Positions 25,831 to 34,679 of a stretch of 41,186 nucleotides of DNA are shown piece after piece. This stretch comes from Anaerolineales bacterium (GTDB lineage Bacteria; Chloroflexota; Anaerolineae; Anaerolineales; DRKV01), in the NCBI GenBank assembly GCA_034434095.1, contig DAOTZN010000289.1, positions 1 through 41,186 on the forward strand, read 5' to 3'. The notes beneath the pieces are model-generated. The model was not told the origin of the DNA. It saw only the letters and a list, made by a program, of their open reading frames with translations, and searched no databases. Both the position numbers and the translations under genes were made by a program. Positions within the stretch are counted from its first letter, which is position 1, and each line of letters begins with the position of its first letter.

Positions 25831-26798
25831 ACACTTTACGAAATCACCTGGGTTTACTTACCTCACTGGTTATCGTCGCGTTGGTTGGCCTTGGCCCTAT
25901 TGTGAACCAAAATGCCGCCAGTCGAGAAGTTGCCTTTACCGTACTACGCGCCATTGCTCTGGCATCTAGCCTCAATATTCTGTTAGGGTACACCGGCTAT
26001 GTAAGTTTCGGCCATATCGTTTTTTTTGGATTAGGCGGCTATATCGGCTTGTACATGGTTACCGCTCAGGGTCAATCATTGTGGATCGCTATGCTGTTGG
26101 CGGGGCTAAGTTCGGCGCTATTGGCTTTTCTCCTGGGGAAGTCCATCCTGCGCCTGCGAGGTGCCTATTTCGCCCTGGCTACAATCGGCGTTAATGAGGC
26201 CGTACGCGCCTTCATCAATAACTTCGAGCCGTTTGGCGGGCCAATCGGCATGAGTATGAACTTCAGTGTTTATCAAAAGTATGGTGGTGCCATGCAAGCA
26301 CTCAACATGTCTTTTTATGTCATGCTGGTGCTGACGATAGTTGTCGTAATCATGAGTTACCTGGTCAAGACATCCAAATTTGGGTTAGGTCTGCTGGCAA
26401 TTCGCGAAGATGAAGACGCCGCCGAAGTAATGGGTGTACCTGCACCGGATGCCAAAACGTGGGCGTATGTGCTCTCGGCCATTATTCCCGGTATGGTTGG
26501 GGCATTGTTTTTCTTCAAAAACGGTAGTATCGAACCAGCAGAGGCCTTCCCGTTGCATACCTCCATTGAAATGATCGTAATGGTCATGCTGGGCGGGCAG
26601 GGTACGATACTGGGCCCGTTGCTGGGCGCAAGCGGTTATCAGCGCCTGCGCGGTCTGCTGCTGATTAATCCACTGTTCAAAAATATTCAGTTGGCCGTTT
26701 CCGGCGTGGTATTGTTAATTGTTATCCTGTTCATTCCAGCGGGCATAGTTGGTTGGCTACGCCAACGGTGGCCTAAATGGCGGAGGGTACTGCAATGA
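25827..26798 (+). CDS. livM: branched-chain amino acid ABC transporter permease (LivM family)
   Basis: ATGA overlap with livH; motif NILLGYTGYVSFGHIVFFGLGGY. Confidence 0.9.
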   Translation: MNTLRNHLGLLTSLVIVALVGLGPIVNQNAASREVAFTVLRAIALASSLNILLGYTGYVSFGHIVFFGLGGYIGLYMVTAQGQSLWIAMLLAGLSSALLAFLLGKSILRLRGAYFALATIGVNEAVRAFINNFEPFGGPIGMSMNFSVYQKYGGAMQALNMSFYVMLVLTIVVVIMSYLVKTSKFGLGLLAIREDEDAAEVMGVPAPDAKTWAYVLSAIIPGMVGALFFFKNGSIEPAEAFPLHTSIEMIVMVMLGGQGTILGPLLGASGYQRLRGLLLINPLFKNIQLAVSGVVLLIVILFIPAGIVGWLRQRWPKWRRVLQ

Positions 26799-27544
26799 TC
26801 TTACAAGTACAAGGCGTCTCAAAAAACTTTGGAGGCTTGCAGGCACTGCAAAATGTTACCTTTGACCTGCCCAAAGGACAAATTCTGGGTTTGATTGGCC
26901 CCAACGGGGCGGGGAAAACCACCCTGTTCAACGTCATCAATGGTGTGTACACCCCTAGCAAAGGTCGCATCATCTTTTTGGGTGAAGATGTGACCCACAA
27001 AAACACCACGTACATGGCACATAAAGGTCTGGCACGCACGCACCAAATCGTCAAGCCACTCAATGATATGACGGTACTGGAAAACGTCATGGTTGGTGCA
27101 TGTTTTGGACGCGAGAATCATGGGCTGGCACAGGCGCGCAAAATCGCTCACGAAGTGTTGGAATTCATTGGTCTGAGTGAACGCGCCGATCAACTAGCCA
27201 GTAGTCTGAACGTAGCGCAAAAGAAACGCCTGGAAATGGGGCGTGCCCTGGCTTCTCGTCCCTATCTTCTGTTGCTAGACGAGGTATTGGCCGGTTTGAA
27301 TCCATCCGAAATCGACCACATGGTAGATGTAGTGCAACGCATTCGCGAGCAGGGCATCACCATCATCATGATTGAACACGTCATGCACGCCATCATGAAT
27401 GTCTCCGACCGCATCCTGGTGTTAGATTACGGGCAACAAATCGCCGAGGGCAGCCCGGAGGAAGTCAGCAATAACCCCAAGGTTATCGAAGCCTACCTGG
27501 GAGATCCCAAACTGGCACAACGCCTGATGGAGGGAGCAGAATGA
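26795..27544 (+). CDS. livG: ABC transporter ATP-binding protein (LivG family)
   Basis: ATG 26795 overlaps the livM stop (ATGA), with GGAGGG 7 nt upstream. Walker A GPNGAGKT, Walker B LLLLDE. Confidence 0.9.
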   Translation: MILQVQGVSKNFGGLQALQNVTFDLPKGQILGLIGPNGAGKTTLFNVINGVYTPSKGRIIFLGEDVTHKNTTYMAHKGLARTHQIVKPLNDMTVLENVMVGACFGRENHGLAQARKIAHEVLEFIGLSERADQLASSLNVAQKKRLEMGRALASRPYLLLLDEVLAGLNPSEIDHMVDVVQRIREQGITIIMIEHVMHAIMNVSDRILVLDYGQQIAEGSPEEVSNNPKVIEAYLGDPKLAQRLMEGAE

Positions 27545-28251
27545 GCATTCTGGAAATTCACGATGTCTCTGCCGGTTATGGCGAAGTACAAATTTTGTGG
27601 GGCACCAGTATGGAACTGCGTGACGGCCTGCTGACCTCCCTGGTAGGCAGCAACGGCGCCGGAAAGACCACCACGCTGCGCACCGTCATGGGGTTGCTTA
27701 AACCCTGGCAGGGCAAGATTACCTTTGAAGACGAGGATGTCAGCCATCTTTCAGCACACGAAAAAGCCGAGCGAGGGCTGGTACTCGTCCCTGAAGGACG
27801 ACAGTTATTCACCGATATGACGGTGGAAGAAAATCTAGAAATGGGTGCCTCGCCCAAGCGCGCCCGTGCCAATTACGCTAAAAATCTGGAACGGGTATAC
27901 GAGATGTTCCCGCGTCTAAAAGAGCGCCACACCCAAAAAGCCGGTACAATGAGCGGCGGAGAACAACAGATGTTGGCAGTAGCACGCGGGATCATGGCCG
28001 AGCCGAAGGTGCTCATGATCGACGAACTTTCGCTTGGCCTGGCACCCGTATTGGTGTTAGGGTTGTTCGAAACGCTTCGCGAACTCAAGAAACTCGGCAT
28101 CACCATCTTGCTGGTAGAGCAAAACGTACAAATGGCGCTGGCAGTCAGCGACTACGGTTACGTGCTGGCCGAGGGCAAAATGGCACTAGAAGGCCCATCT
28201 CGAGAACTGATGGAAAACGAGCACGTACGCGCGGCCTACCTTGGGCTCTAA
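27541..28251 (+). CDS. livF: ABC transporter ATP-binding protein (LivF family)
   Basis: Walker A GSNGAGKT, signature MSGGEQQM, Walker B LMIDELS; ATGA overlap with livG. Confidence 0.9.
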   Translation: MSILEIHDVSAGYGEVQILWGTSMELRDGLLTSLVGSNGAGKTTTLRTVMGLLKPWQGKITFEDEDVSHLSAHEKAERGLVLVPEGRQLFTDMTVEENLEMGASPKRARANYAKNLERVYEMFPRLKERHTQKAGTMSGGEQQMLAVARGIMAEPKVLMIDELSLGLAPVLVLGLFETLRELKKLGITILLVEQNVQMALAVSDYGYVLAEGKMALEGPSRELMENEHVRAAYLGL

Positions 28252-28391
28252 TTGCTCAAACTATTTAACGGACTTAATCACCCCAAAATGTGCCAGAAAT
28301 CACTAGAAATAGCCCCTAAAATCTGGTATGTTTGAAGTATCTAAAACCAAACAAATTTCCAGTTTACTTTATCTTCAAGGAGGAAAATCCC

Positions 28392-29039
28392 ATGCTTGTC
28401 GGTGAACGCATGACCAAACCTATAATTACCATCGCATCCGATATGCCTATTGTTGAGGCGCTGGATTTGATGAAACGTGAACACATTCGCCGCACGCCGG
28501 TGGTTGATAATGGCAAGTTGGTGGGCATCGTTTCTGATAAAGACCTGCTCAATGCCTCTCCTTCTCCCGCCACTTCGTTGAGCGTGTGGGAATTGAATTA
28601 CCTGCTCAGCAAAGTCACAGTGGGCGACGTGATGACCCGCGATGTCATCACCGTCACCGAAGACACACCCATTGAACAGGCCGCTCGCATCATGGCCGAC
28701 AATAAAATCGGTGGGCTACCCGTTATGAGCGGTGATGAGGTAGTGGGCATCATCACGGAAACCGATCTGTTCAAACTCTTCCTGGAACTAATGGGCGCCC
28801 GCAACATGGGTGTACGTGTCACCGCCCTGGTACCGCATAAGAGTGGAGAATTGGCAGCCCTAACGGCGGCCATCTCCCAGAAAGGCGGCAATTTCATCGC
28901 CTTTGGACAATTTGAAGGAACCACACCCAACAACCGCTTGGTCACCTTCAAGGTAGATAACATTGACATGGAAGTTGTCAAAGAAATTATCACCCCGTTG
29001 GTGGATGAGTTGATAGACATTCGCGTTTGTTGCGAGTAA
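28392..29039 (+). CDS. CBS-pair plus ACT domain protein (AcuB-like)
   Basis: AGGAGG RBS before ATG 28392. Two CBS motifs (RRTPVVDNGKLVGIVSDKDL and IGGLPVMSGDEVVGIITETDL) are followed by a C-terminal ACT-like beta-alpha-beta region. Confidence 0.85.
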   Translation: MLVGERMTKPIITIASDMPIVEALDLMKREHIRRTPVVDNGKLVGIVSDKDLLNASPSPATSLSVWELNYLLSKVTVGDVMTRDVITVTEDTPIEQAARIMADNKIGGLPVMSGDEVVGIITETDLFKLFLELMGARNMGVRVTALVPHKSGELAALTAAISQKGGNFIAFGQFEGTTPNNRLVTFKVDNIDMEVVKEIITPLVDELIDIRVCCE

Positions 29040-29070
29040 CCCCCAGATCTCTTTGCTTCCCTTGAAACAA

Positions 29071-29107
29071 AACATCCCATTGGAAAACTCCGATGGGGTG
29101 TTTTTTT
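29071..29107 (+). terminator. rho-independent terminator after the CBS-ACT gene
   Basis: Stem CATCCCAT / ATGGGGTG (includes a U-G pair) followed by T7; the T-run touches the stop codon of the convergent gene. Confidence 0.6.
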
Positions 29108-30578
29108 ATCTCTCGCCGGCGAGCACCTTCTGTACTCGCTCCCAGGCTTGATCTACAGCATGGACTTCATCCAGTATTTCGGGATATTCGCCATAACGCA
29201 CCCGCAGATAAACCTCGGTTAGCAGGCGAAAATCGGTGGCCGATTGCGGGAAAGCCGTTTCTAACGCGGCCAGGAATTCCAGAGGCGTTTGTGCCTTCTG
29301 ACGGGAAAAATCATGCTCCGCGCAGGCTTCTAACAACAGACGGTAGACCTCCCGAATGTGTGCAACAGCCCGACGGCGCATGCGCCCCCGCGGGGAGAGC
29401 GCGGCGGCCTGCTGGAGAAGATGACGCACCCGCGCCTGCCAGCGTGTCTTGAGGTAGTGCCATACCGCCCGACGCCCCCAGGGTTTCATGATATCCGCGG
29501 CACCGTCTACCCGTTGAGGCCAAAACCATCGAATGCCAAGCCACATTATCCCGATGAAGGCGACAAAAATGAGACCGCCCCACAGTAAAAATGGCTTAAG
29601 CGATGATATATCCGGCAGATGACGCGCCAGCCACGAGGCCGCATCATCACTTAGGGCACGCAGGGCGTTCAACAATATGCCCAAGTTGTGCCATGCCTGT
29701 GGGAACCAGTCATCAAAGGAAAGCGCCTGAAACAAACGTGTCAACAACGTAACCACAAAGATGACCACCGGCATGAGCAACAAGAAAGCCACACCTACCA
29801 GCAAGGCGCCCAACCAGGCCAAAAGGCGCACGGCAAGTTGCACCAGGCGGCTATCCGCACCTTGTGACAAGAAAAACGCCGCGCCTAGCGTCCCCGCCAG
29901 GGCCAACAACATCGCTACCCCCCAGCGCCAATCGAATGGACTCCGCCGGCCACCACGCATGCGCTCTAACACTGCCAGGCGAGCAGAAATTAACCCTACC
30001 AGGGCGCTGCCCAGAAAGAGCAACAAGGTATCTTCAGCGCTCTCGCCCGTCACCACGGTGTTGAAGAGTGCAAACAGCAACAGCATGAATACCCCAAAGC
30101 GGAAACGGGCAAAAAAATCGCGCGGGCCAACATGCTGCCCGGCCAATGATGCACCGTATAACGTGCACGAGACGACTGCTGCCAGCACGAAAAACTCGTC
30201 GGGGAAGACCGTAAACACATTACGAAAAGCCTGAAACGGACGTAGAAATGTTTTCCCTGGCGCAAACGGCTCGCCAAAGTATAGCAAAAAGTGTAACGCC
30301 GGCAGACTCACAATGACCATCCAACCCCCAAGTAGATTGCGTTGCACATCTGGACGCAGGCGCAGCCATCCCATCATCCGCATCAGGTAGTGCGCGCTCA
30401 CAATCAGGAGAGCAAAAAGCAACAGGGGACGCCCTATACCGGCAGCATACGTGCCCGGCGTCAGCGAGCGAAACCAGGGGACTACCCAGGCCAGCACCAT
30501 GCTCACCTGAGCTAAAAGCGCGATTTCACGCCAGGGACGCCGCGCCAGGAGGGGATAGGGGTTCACTGCATCATACAC
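29106..30578 (-). CDS. polytopic membrane protein with C-terminal DUF4129-like domain (paralogue B)
   Basis: About 10 predicted TM helices. The C-terminal TPLEFLAALETAFPQSATDFRLLTEVYLRVRYGEYPE matches the DUF4129 pattern. It overlaps the upstream gene by 16 nt. Confidence 0.75.
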   Translation of the reverse strand: MYDAVNPYPLLARRPWREIALLAQVSMVLAWVVPWFRSLTPGTYAAGIGRPLLLFALLIVSAHYLMRMMGWLRLRPDVQRNLLGGWMVIVSLPALHFLLYFGEPFAPGKTFLRPFQAFRNVFTVFPDEFFVLAAVVSCTLYGASLAGQHVGPRDFFARFRFGVFMLLLFALFNTVVTGESAEDTLLLFLGSALVGLISARLAVLERMRGGRRSPFDWRWGVAMLLALAGTLGAAFFLSQGADSRLVQLAVRLLAWLGALLVGVAFLLLMPVVIFVVTLLTRLFQALSFDDWFPQAWHNLGILLNALRALSDDAASWLARHLPDISSLKPFLLWGGLIFVAFIGIMWLGIRWFWPQRVDGAADIMKPWGRRAVWHYLKTRWQARVRHLLQQAAALSPRGRMRRRAVAHIREVYRLLLEACAEHDFSRQKAQTPLEFLAALETAFPQSATDFRLLTEVYLRVRYGEYPEILDEVHAVDQAWERVQKVLAGER

Positions 30579-31972
30579 TCCTTGACCCGCTGCCAGGCGA
30601 CTTCCACAACCTGTACTTCCTGCCGGGTTTCCGGCAACTCGCCATAGCGCACGCGCAAGTAGGCTTCCGTGATGGCACGCACTTCGGATTGGGCCGTGGG
30701 CAACAGGTCAACCGTTAGAGGGATGAACTCCAGGGGGGTTGTGGCCACCGGACGGGCGAGGTCGTTCCGGGCACATAGGGTGATGAAATCGGCGTAAATT
30801 TGACGAATGCGCGCGGCGGCTCGTCGGCGCTGCCCCGGGGTGAGGCCGTCTAAGCCGCGTAACTTTTGGGCCAGGGAGACCAAACGGGAGCGCAACCCAC
30901 CTGGGGGGGCGTCTGTTTCCAGGGTGTCGAGAAAACCTTCTGGGCGTCGAGGACGTTCTAAACGGTCGGCCATCGTCCGCATCATCAAAATCACAATGAC
31001 CAATAGCACCAATCCGCCTACCCCCAAAAAGAGCGGGCGGACATCGGGCGGCACCCAGGCCTCTGTCTGTTGTAAGGTCGATAAATCGGGCAACTGCGGA
31101 GCGGCCAGCGTTGGCATGGGGGTGGCTTCCCCCGCCGGGGCAGCCTGTAGCAGGCTGTTGAAGGCCGGCTGCAAGAGCGCCAGGAGCAAGAGGAAGGGCG
31201 CCAGCAGCACTGCCCCGAGCAGGACGGATAACGTTTCAACCGCCGCAGCAATAAAATCTGTACGCCCGGAGATGATAAGCGCAGTTCCTACCCCAATGAG
31301 CGTGATGGTCAGCACGCTCACGGTGATGAAGGTACCCCAACGCCGGTCAAAGGGGTTGCGGTGGCCACCGCGCAAGCGCGCCAAGGTGCTCACCCGACTG
31401 GTCGCCAGCGCCAGCAAGGCCGTGGTGAGGAAGGTGAGCAATAAGCCGGTGGAAAAATCTGGTTTCGCAGGACGGGCGGCCTGCTCAACAAGGGCAAACA
31501 ACGCCAGCGAAACCACCCCACCCTTAAAGGAACGCATGACCGTTGAGGAGCCAATGCGCTCTCGGCCAAGTGCCAACCCACGCCCCCACAACATGAGGGC
31601 AAACGTAATCACCCAAAACCAGGCTGGAATGACGCGCGGCGCTTCTTCGATACCGTTCAACGGTTGTTGATACATGGCCTGCATATTTTGCGCCAGGTGC
31701 GGGTCAATCCACAGGCGCAGCATTGTCAGCAGGCCAACAACCAGCACCAGCAGGGCCAACAAACGGCGGATGGATTGGCGCAGGTTCAGCCCGGCGCTTA
31801 TACGCTGGAGAGCGGCTGTCAGAGTGACAAAAAGCCAGGCCAGGAGGATAAAACGCGCCAAGGGGGTAGCAGCAATGGGTGGGGAAATGCTGTGCATCCA
31901 GGGTGCGAAGGCAGCCACTTCCATACCCGTAAGTGTGATGAGGGCCAGTTCTTGCCAGGTGGTTGTCTTCAT
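30563..31972 (-). CDS. polytopic membrane protein with C-terminal DUF4129-like domain (paralogue A)
   Basis: Same architecture as 29106-30578. C-terminal TPLEFIPLTVDLLPTAQSEVRAITEAYLRVRYGELPE. 4-nt overlap with the DUF58 gene. Confidence 0.75.
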   Translation of the reverse strand: MKTTTWQELALITLTGMEVAAFAPWMHSISPPIAATPLARFILLAWLFVTLTAALQRISAGLNLRQSIRRLLALLVLVVGLLTMLRLWIDPHLAQNMQAMYQQPLNGIEEAPRVIPAWFWVITFALMLWGRGLALGRERIGSSTVMRSFKGGVVSLALFALVEQAARPAKPDFSTGLLLTFLTTALLALATSRVSTLARLRGGHRNPFDRRWGTFITVSVLTITLIGVGTALIISGRTDFIAAAVETLSVLLGAVLLAPFLLLLALLQPAFNSLLQAAPAGEATPMPTLAAPQLPDLSTLQQTEAWVPPDVRPLFLGVGGLVLLVIVILMMRTMADRLERPRRPEGFLDTLETDAPPGGLRSRLVSLAQKLRGLDGLTPGQRRRAAARIRQIYADFITLCARNDLARPVATTPLEFIPLTVDLLPTAQSEVRAITEAYLRVRYGELPETRQEVQVVEVAWQRVKECMMQ

Positions 31973-33144
31973 ACGCGTATGCTTTCCACGCCCGGAATGA
32001 CGGGGGGCGGGTCGGTGGATAGGGATACCAGGCTGATACGGCGCCCGGCGCGCTTCAGGCGCAAGAGTGTCTCGTTCAAAGCCGGAGTGAAAATAGCGCT
32101 CACTACGACCAGGGAGGCGCCATAGGGTAAATGTGGCATTTCTCGCAGCAAGAAGCGTTCAAAGGGCGCAATCACTACCGGACTGACGCCTGCCAGGGCT
32201 TCCAGCAAAATGGCCTGTTGACGGGGCGTACTGCCCGGCGGCACGCGGAAGGGCCGGTCGGAGTGGCTGAGACAGCCATTGGAGATTAACCCAACCTGTA
32301 ATCCGGCCTCGATGCCCTGCGTAACCAGGGTGGCGGCGGTGCTAATCAGACGCTCCAGAATTTCGGTGTCTACCCCTTCCCAGTGACGCACAAAAGTGGT
32401 CACGTTCAGGCACACAATCACCACACGACCCGAGGTGGGTTGGTAGACCTTAACTTGCAAGCGTCCGGTGCGCGCCGTGGCCGGCCAGTGGATGCGCCGC
32501 AACCCATCTTCGGGGTGGTATTCGCGCACACCCATCGGCTGACTGGGGTCTTGGAATAGGCGTCTGCGGGTGCGCTTGTGTCCCAATGGGTCTTGCGTGG
32601 GGACATCCTGCGGTGGGAGCGGCAGGAGGGACGGAAAAACGGTCAGGCGGTCGGCGCTTGGCAGCGTACGGGTTTGTTCGTAGAGGCCGAATAAATCACC
32701 CGATTGCAGTCTTGCCGGACCAACGCGATACACGCCACGCTTGCGGAAAGTGATTTCGTAACGCCGCCGGGTGCGCTCAAACCAGCGCAGACTAAACAGG
32801 TTGACCAGCAGTCCCTCATCGGGCAAATGGGAGGGCGCTAACACGTTTTCATCCCGCGGGCCGACGGCATGGGGCCAGCGATCTTGCACCCGCAGCCAGG
32901 AAAGCGGCAGCAATTTGCGGTTTTCAATTTCGATGACGACCTCGGTGGTTTCGCCGGGGAAGCCACGCGTATAGTGAAACCGCCGGTGGTAAAAAACATC
33001 ATCCAGGGCATGCGCCCGCCACCAGGCGGCCAGCCCGATGATGACGCTCACCGAGACCGCCAAGGTGGAGAGCCAGGGGATATCCAGCACTACCCCAAGC
33101 AGGAAAGCCGCGCCCAGAAAGGGCAGCCAGCGTTTGGCAACCAC
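31969..33144 (-). CDS. DUF58 domain protein (MoxR-associated, vWA-like)
   Basis: Two N-terminal TM helices and DUF58 hallmarks GDLFGL and GVREYHPEDGLRRIHW. Confidence 0.8.
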   Translation of the reverse strand: MVAKRWLPFLGAAFLLGVVLDIPWLSTLAVSVSVIIGLAAWWRAHALDDVFYHRRFHYTRGFPGETTEVVIEIENRKLLPLSWLRVQDRWPHAVGPRDENVLAPSHLPDEGLLVNLFSLRWFERTRRRYEITFRKRGVYRVGPARLQSGDLFGLYEQTRTLPSADRLTVFPSLLPLPPQDVPTQDPLGHKRTRRRLFQDPSQPMGVREYHPEDGLRRIHWPATARTGRLQVKVYQPTSGRVVIVCLNVTTFVRHWEGVDTEILERLISTAATLVTQGIEAGLQVGLISNGCLSHSDRPFRVPPGSTPRQQAILLEALAGVSPVVIAPFERFLLREMPHLPYGASLVVVSAIFTPALNETLLRLKRAGRRISLVSLSTDPPPVIPGVESIRV

Positions 33145-33147
33145 GGG

Positions 33148-34083
33148 CTAATCCTCCACCGGCACGGGGACGGAGGCGACAATATCGGCAACCAGTTCTT
33201 CGGGCCGACGGCCACGCAGTTGCGCCTGAGGTGCAATCATCAAGCGATGGGTAAGGACATGCGGGGCCATCTCTTTGACGTCATCCGGCAGGACGTATTC
33301 CCGTCCGGCAATGGCCGCCCAGGCTTGAGAAGCCTGATACAAGGCCAATGTAGCGCGTGGACTGGCGCCTAGTTCAATTTCGGGGTGTTCACGCGTGGCC
33401 CGGGCTACGGCAACAATGTAATTGCGCACACTGGCTTCTACGCGCACCTGCTGACGGGCAGCCTGTAAGGCGGTGATTTCTTCGGGCGTAGTTACCGCCG
33501 CGAGGTCGGCTAGGGGGTCGGCGGTGCGGAAGCGCTCTAAGAGGTTGTTTTCTTCCTCTTGCGTTGGGTACCCAATGGCTATACGCAAGAGAAAGCGGTC
33601 TACCTGCGCTTCAGGTAGCGGGAAGGTGCCCTCCAGTTCGACCGGGTTTTGGGTTGCCAGCACCAGGAAGGGACGCGGCAAGGGACGCGTTGTCCCTTCC
33701 ACGGTCACCTGCCGTTCTTGCATGGCCTCCAACAAGGCCGATTGCGTGCGCGGTGTGGCACGGTTGATTTCGTCGGCCAGGACCACTTGTGACATAATCG
33801 GCCCCGGGCGGAATTCAAATTGCTGTTCCTTTTGGTTGAACCAACTGAGGCCGGTCACGTCGGTCGGCAGCAGGTCGGGGGTGAATTGAATGCGGCGGAA
33901 GGAGCAGCCCAGCGAAGCCGCCAGGGCACGCGCCAGGGTGGTTTTGCCCGTACCGGGCACGTCTTCCAGCAAGACATGGCCTTCACACAACACGGCAACC
34001 AGCGCCAAATCGATAATTTCGGCCTTGCCAACGATAACTTTTTGCACATTTTCCCGCACACGACGGGCAGTTTCTGCGATCAC
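33148..34083 (-). CDS. MoxR-family AAA+ ATPase
   Basis: Walker A DVPGTGKT, Walker [11 protein letters not shown], and FLVLATQNP. The ORF extends to TTG 34137, but GTG 34083 has GGAGG 4 nt upstream and a TATAAT (minus strand, 34126-34131) would lie inside the extension, so the start is ambiguous. Confidence 0.9.
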   Translation of the reverse strand: MIAETARRVRENVQKVIVGKAEIIDLALVAVLCEGHVLLEDVPGTGKTTLARALAASLGCSFRRIQFTPDLLPTDVTGLSWFNQKEQQFEFRPGPIMSQVVLADEINRATPRTQSALLEAMQERQVTVEGTTRPLPRPFLVLATQNPVELEGTFPLPEAQVDRFLLRIAIGYPTQEEENNLLERFRTADPLADLAAVTTPEEITALQAARQQVRVEASVRNYIVAVARATREHPEIELGASPRATLALYQASQAWAAIAGREYVLPDDVKEMAPHVLTHRLMIAPQAQLRGRRPEELVADIVASVPVPVED

Positions 34084-34221
34084 AAAACCTCCAAGGGGAT
34101 AACGTTTTGAAAAGGGTGCGGGGGGATTATACTGCAATTTAGTTGGGTAGTTGGGGGAGAAAGGCGTTTTGACAGCAAACAGCCGTCAGCGGACAGCAGA
34201 CAGCGAACAGGGGATAGCAAT

Positions 34222-34242
34222 CAGCCGGCTGGAAGCCGGCTG
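34222..34242 (+). repeat. stem-loop CAGCCGGCT-GGA-AGCCGGCTG (9-bp stem)
   Basis: Perfect inverted repeat sharing the CTGGAAGCC core with 373-382 and, inverted, 34390-34398. Confidence 0.7.
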
Positions 34243-34274
34243 CACATCAAGTGCGCATCAAGTACACATCAGGT
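34242..34274 (+). repeat. 3 x 11-bp tandem repeat (GCACATCAAGT GCGCATCAAGT ACACATCAGGT)
   Basis: Read directly from the sequence. Confidence 0.8.
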
Positions 34275-34275
34275 G

Positions 34276-34304
34276 CTTTCTGTTTGAGCAGCGCCAGCAG
34301 CGCT
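34276..34304 (+). repeat. 29-bp exact direct repeat CTTTCTGTTTGAGCAGCGCCAGCAGCGCT (copy 1)
   Basis: Identical to 34619-34647; contains the AGCGC-CAGCA-GCGCT hairpin. Confidence 0.9.
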
Positions 34305-34576
34305 ACTAAGAAACTTAGCCGAAGCCAATGTTCAACACCTGAGAATTTGTCTTGTAGCGCAGGTTTTCCAGGCTGCTGTCCTACAGGACGGCTTCCAGTA
34401 CCCCAAAACCGGAAACCTTAACGCAGAGTCGCCAAGACGCAAAGGAAAACAATAGAAATTTAAAAATCTTAGCGGCTTTGTGCCTTTGCGTTAAAAAATA
34501 TCTTTATATAATGAAGTCGGTCAATTTAATGTCCCTATTGGTTTGCATCTCTAGTCGGTTCTAACCGACTTTCACA

Positions 34577-34599
34577 AACTGAGGCAGGACTTCAGTCCG
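34577..34599 (+). repeat. 23-bp exact repeat AACTGAGGCAGGACTTCAGTCCG (copy 2 of 2)
   Basis: Identical to 10167-10189. Confidence 0.9.
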
Positions 34600-34618
34600 C
34601 CGAGCCTGGGCTCCGTTT

Positions 34619-34647
34619 CTTTCTGTTTGAGCAGCGCCAGCAGCGCT
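34619..34647 (+). repeat. 29-bp exact direct repeat (copy 2)
   Basis: Identical to 34276-34304, 343 bp downstream of copy 1. Confidence 0.9.
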
Positions 34648-34663
34648 GTGGAGTCACTCACAG

Positions 34664-34672
34664 TGATATAAT
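34664..34672 (+). promoter_or_regulatory. extended -10 promoter TGATATAAT placed 7 nt before the dinG ATG (leaderless transcript predicted)
   Basis: TGnTATAAT consensus at 34664-34672, ATG at 34680, and no Shine-Dalgarno sequence in between (CCTTGCC). Confidence 0.45.
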
Positions 34673-34679
34673 CCTTGCC

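Noticed and set aside
30807-31670. 287-aa plus-strand ORF antisense to the DUF4129-like gene (also 29761-30234 and 31664-32125)
   Set aside because: The products are Arg/Ser/Ala-rich with no motifs and lie fully inside the well-structured minus-strand operon whose genes overlap one another. These are shadow ORFs.
34140-34152. 13-bp inverted repeat TAGTTGGGTAGTT (34140-34152) / AACTACCCAACTA (37576-37588) bracketing dinG, as possible termini of a mobile dinG cassette
   Set aside because: My estimate is that tens of 13-mer inverted matches are expected by chance in a 41-kb window. Both copies lie in low-complexity repeats, and there are no target-site duplications or recombinase genes.
34511-34564. 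17-codon ORF (MKSVNLMSLLVCISSRF) in the moxR/dinG spacer
   Set aside because: It has no RBS, its ATG overlaps the candidate -10 box, and it is too short to support without conservation or expression data.
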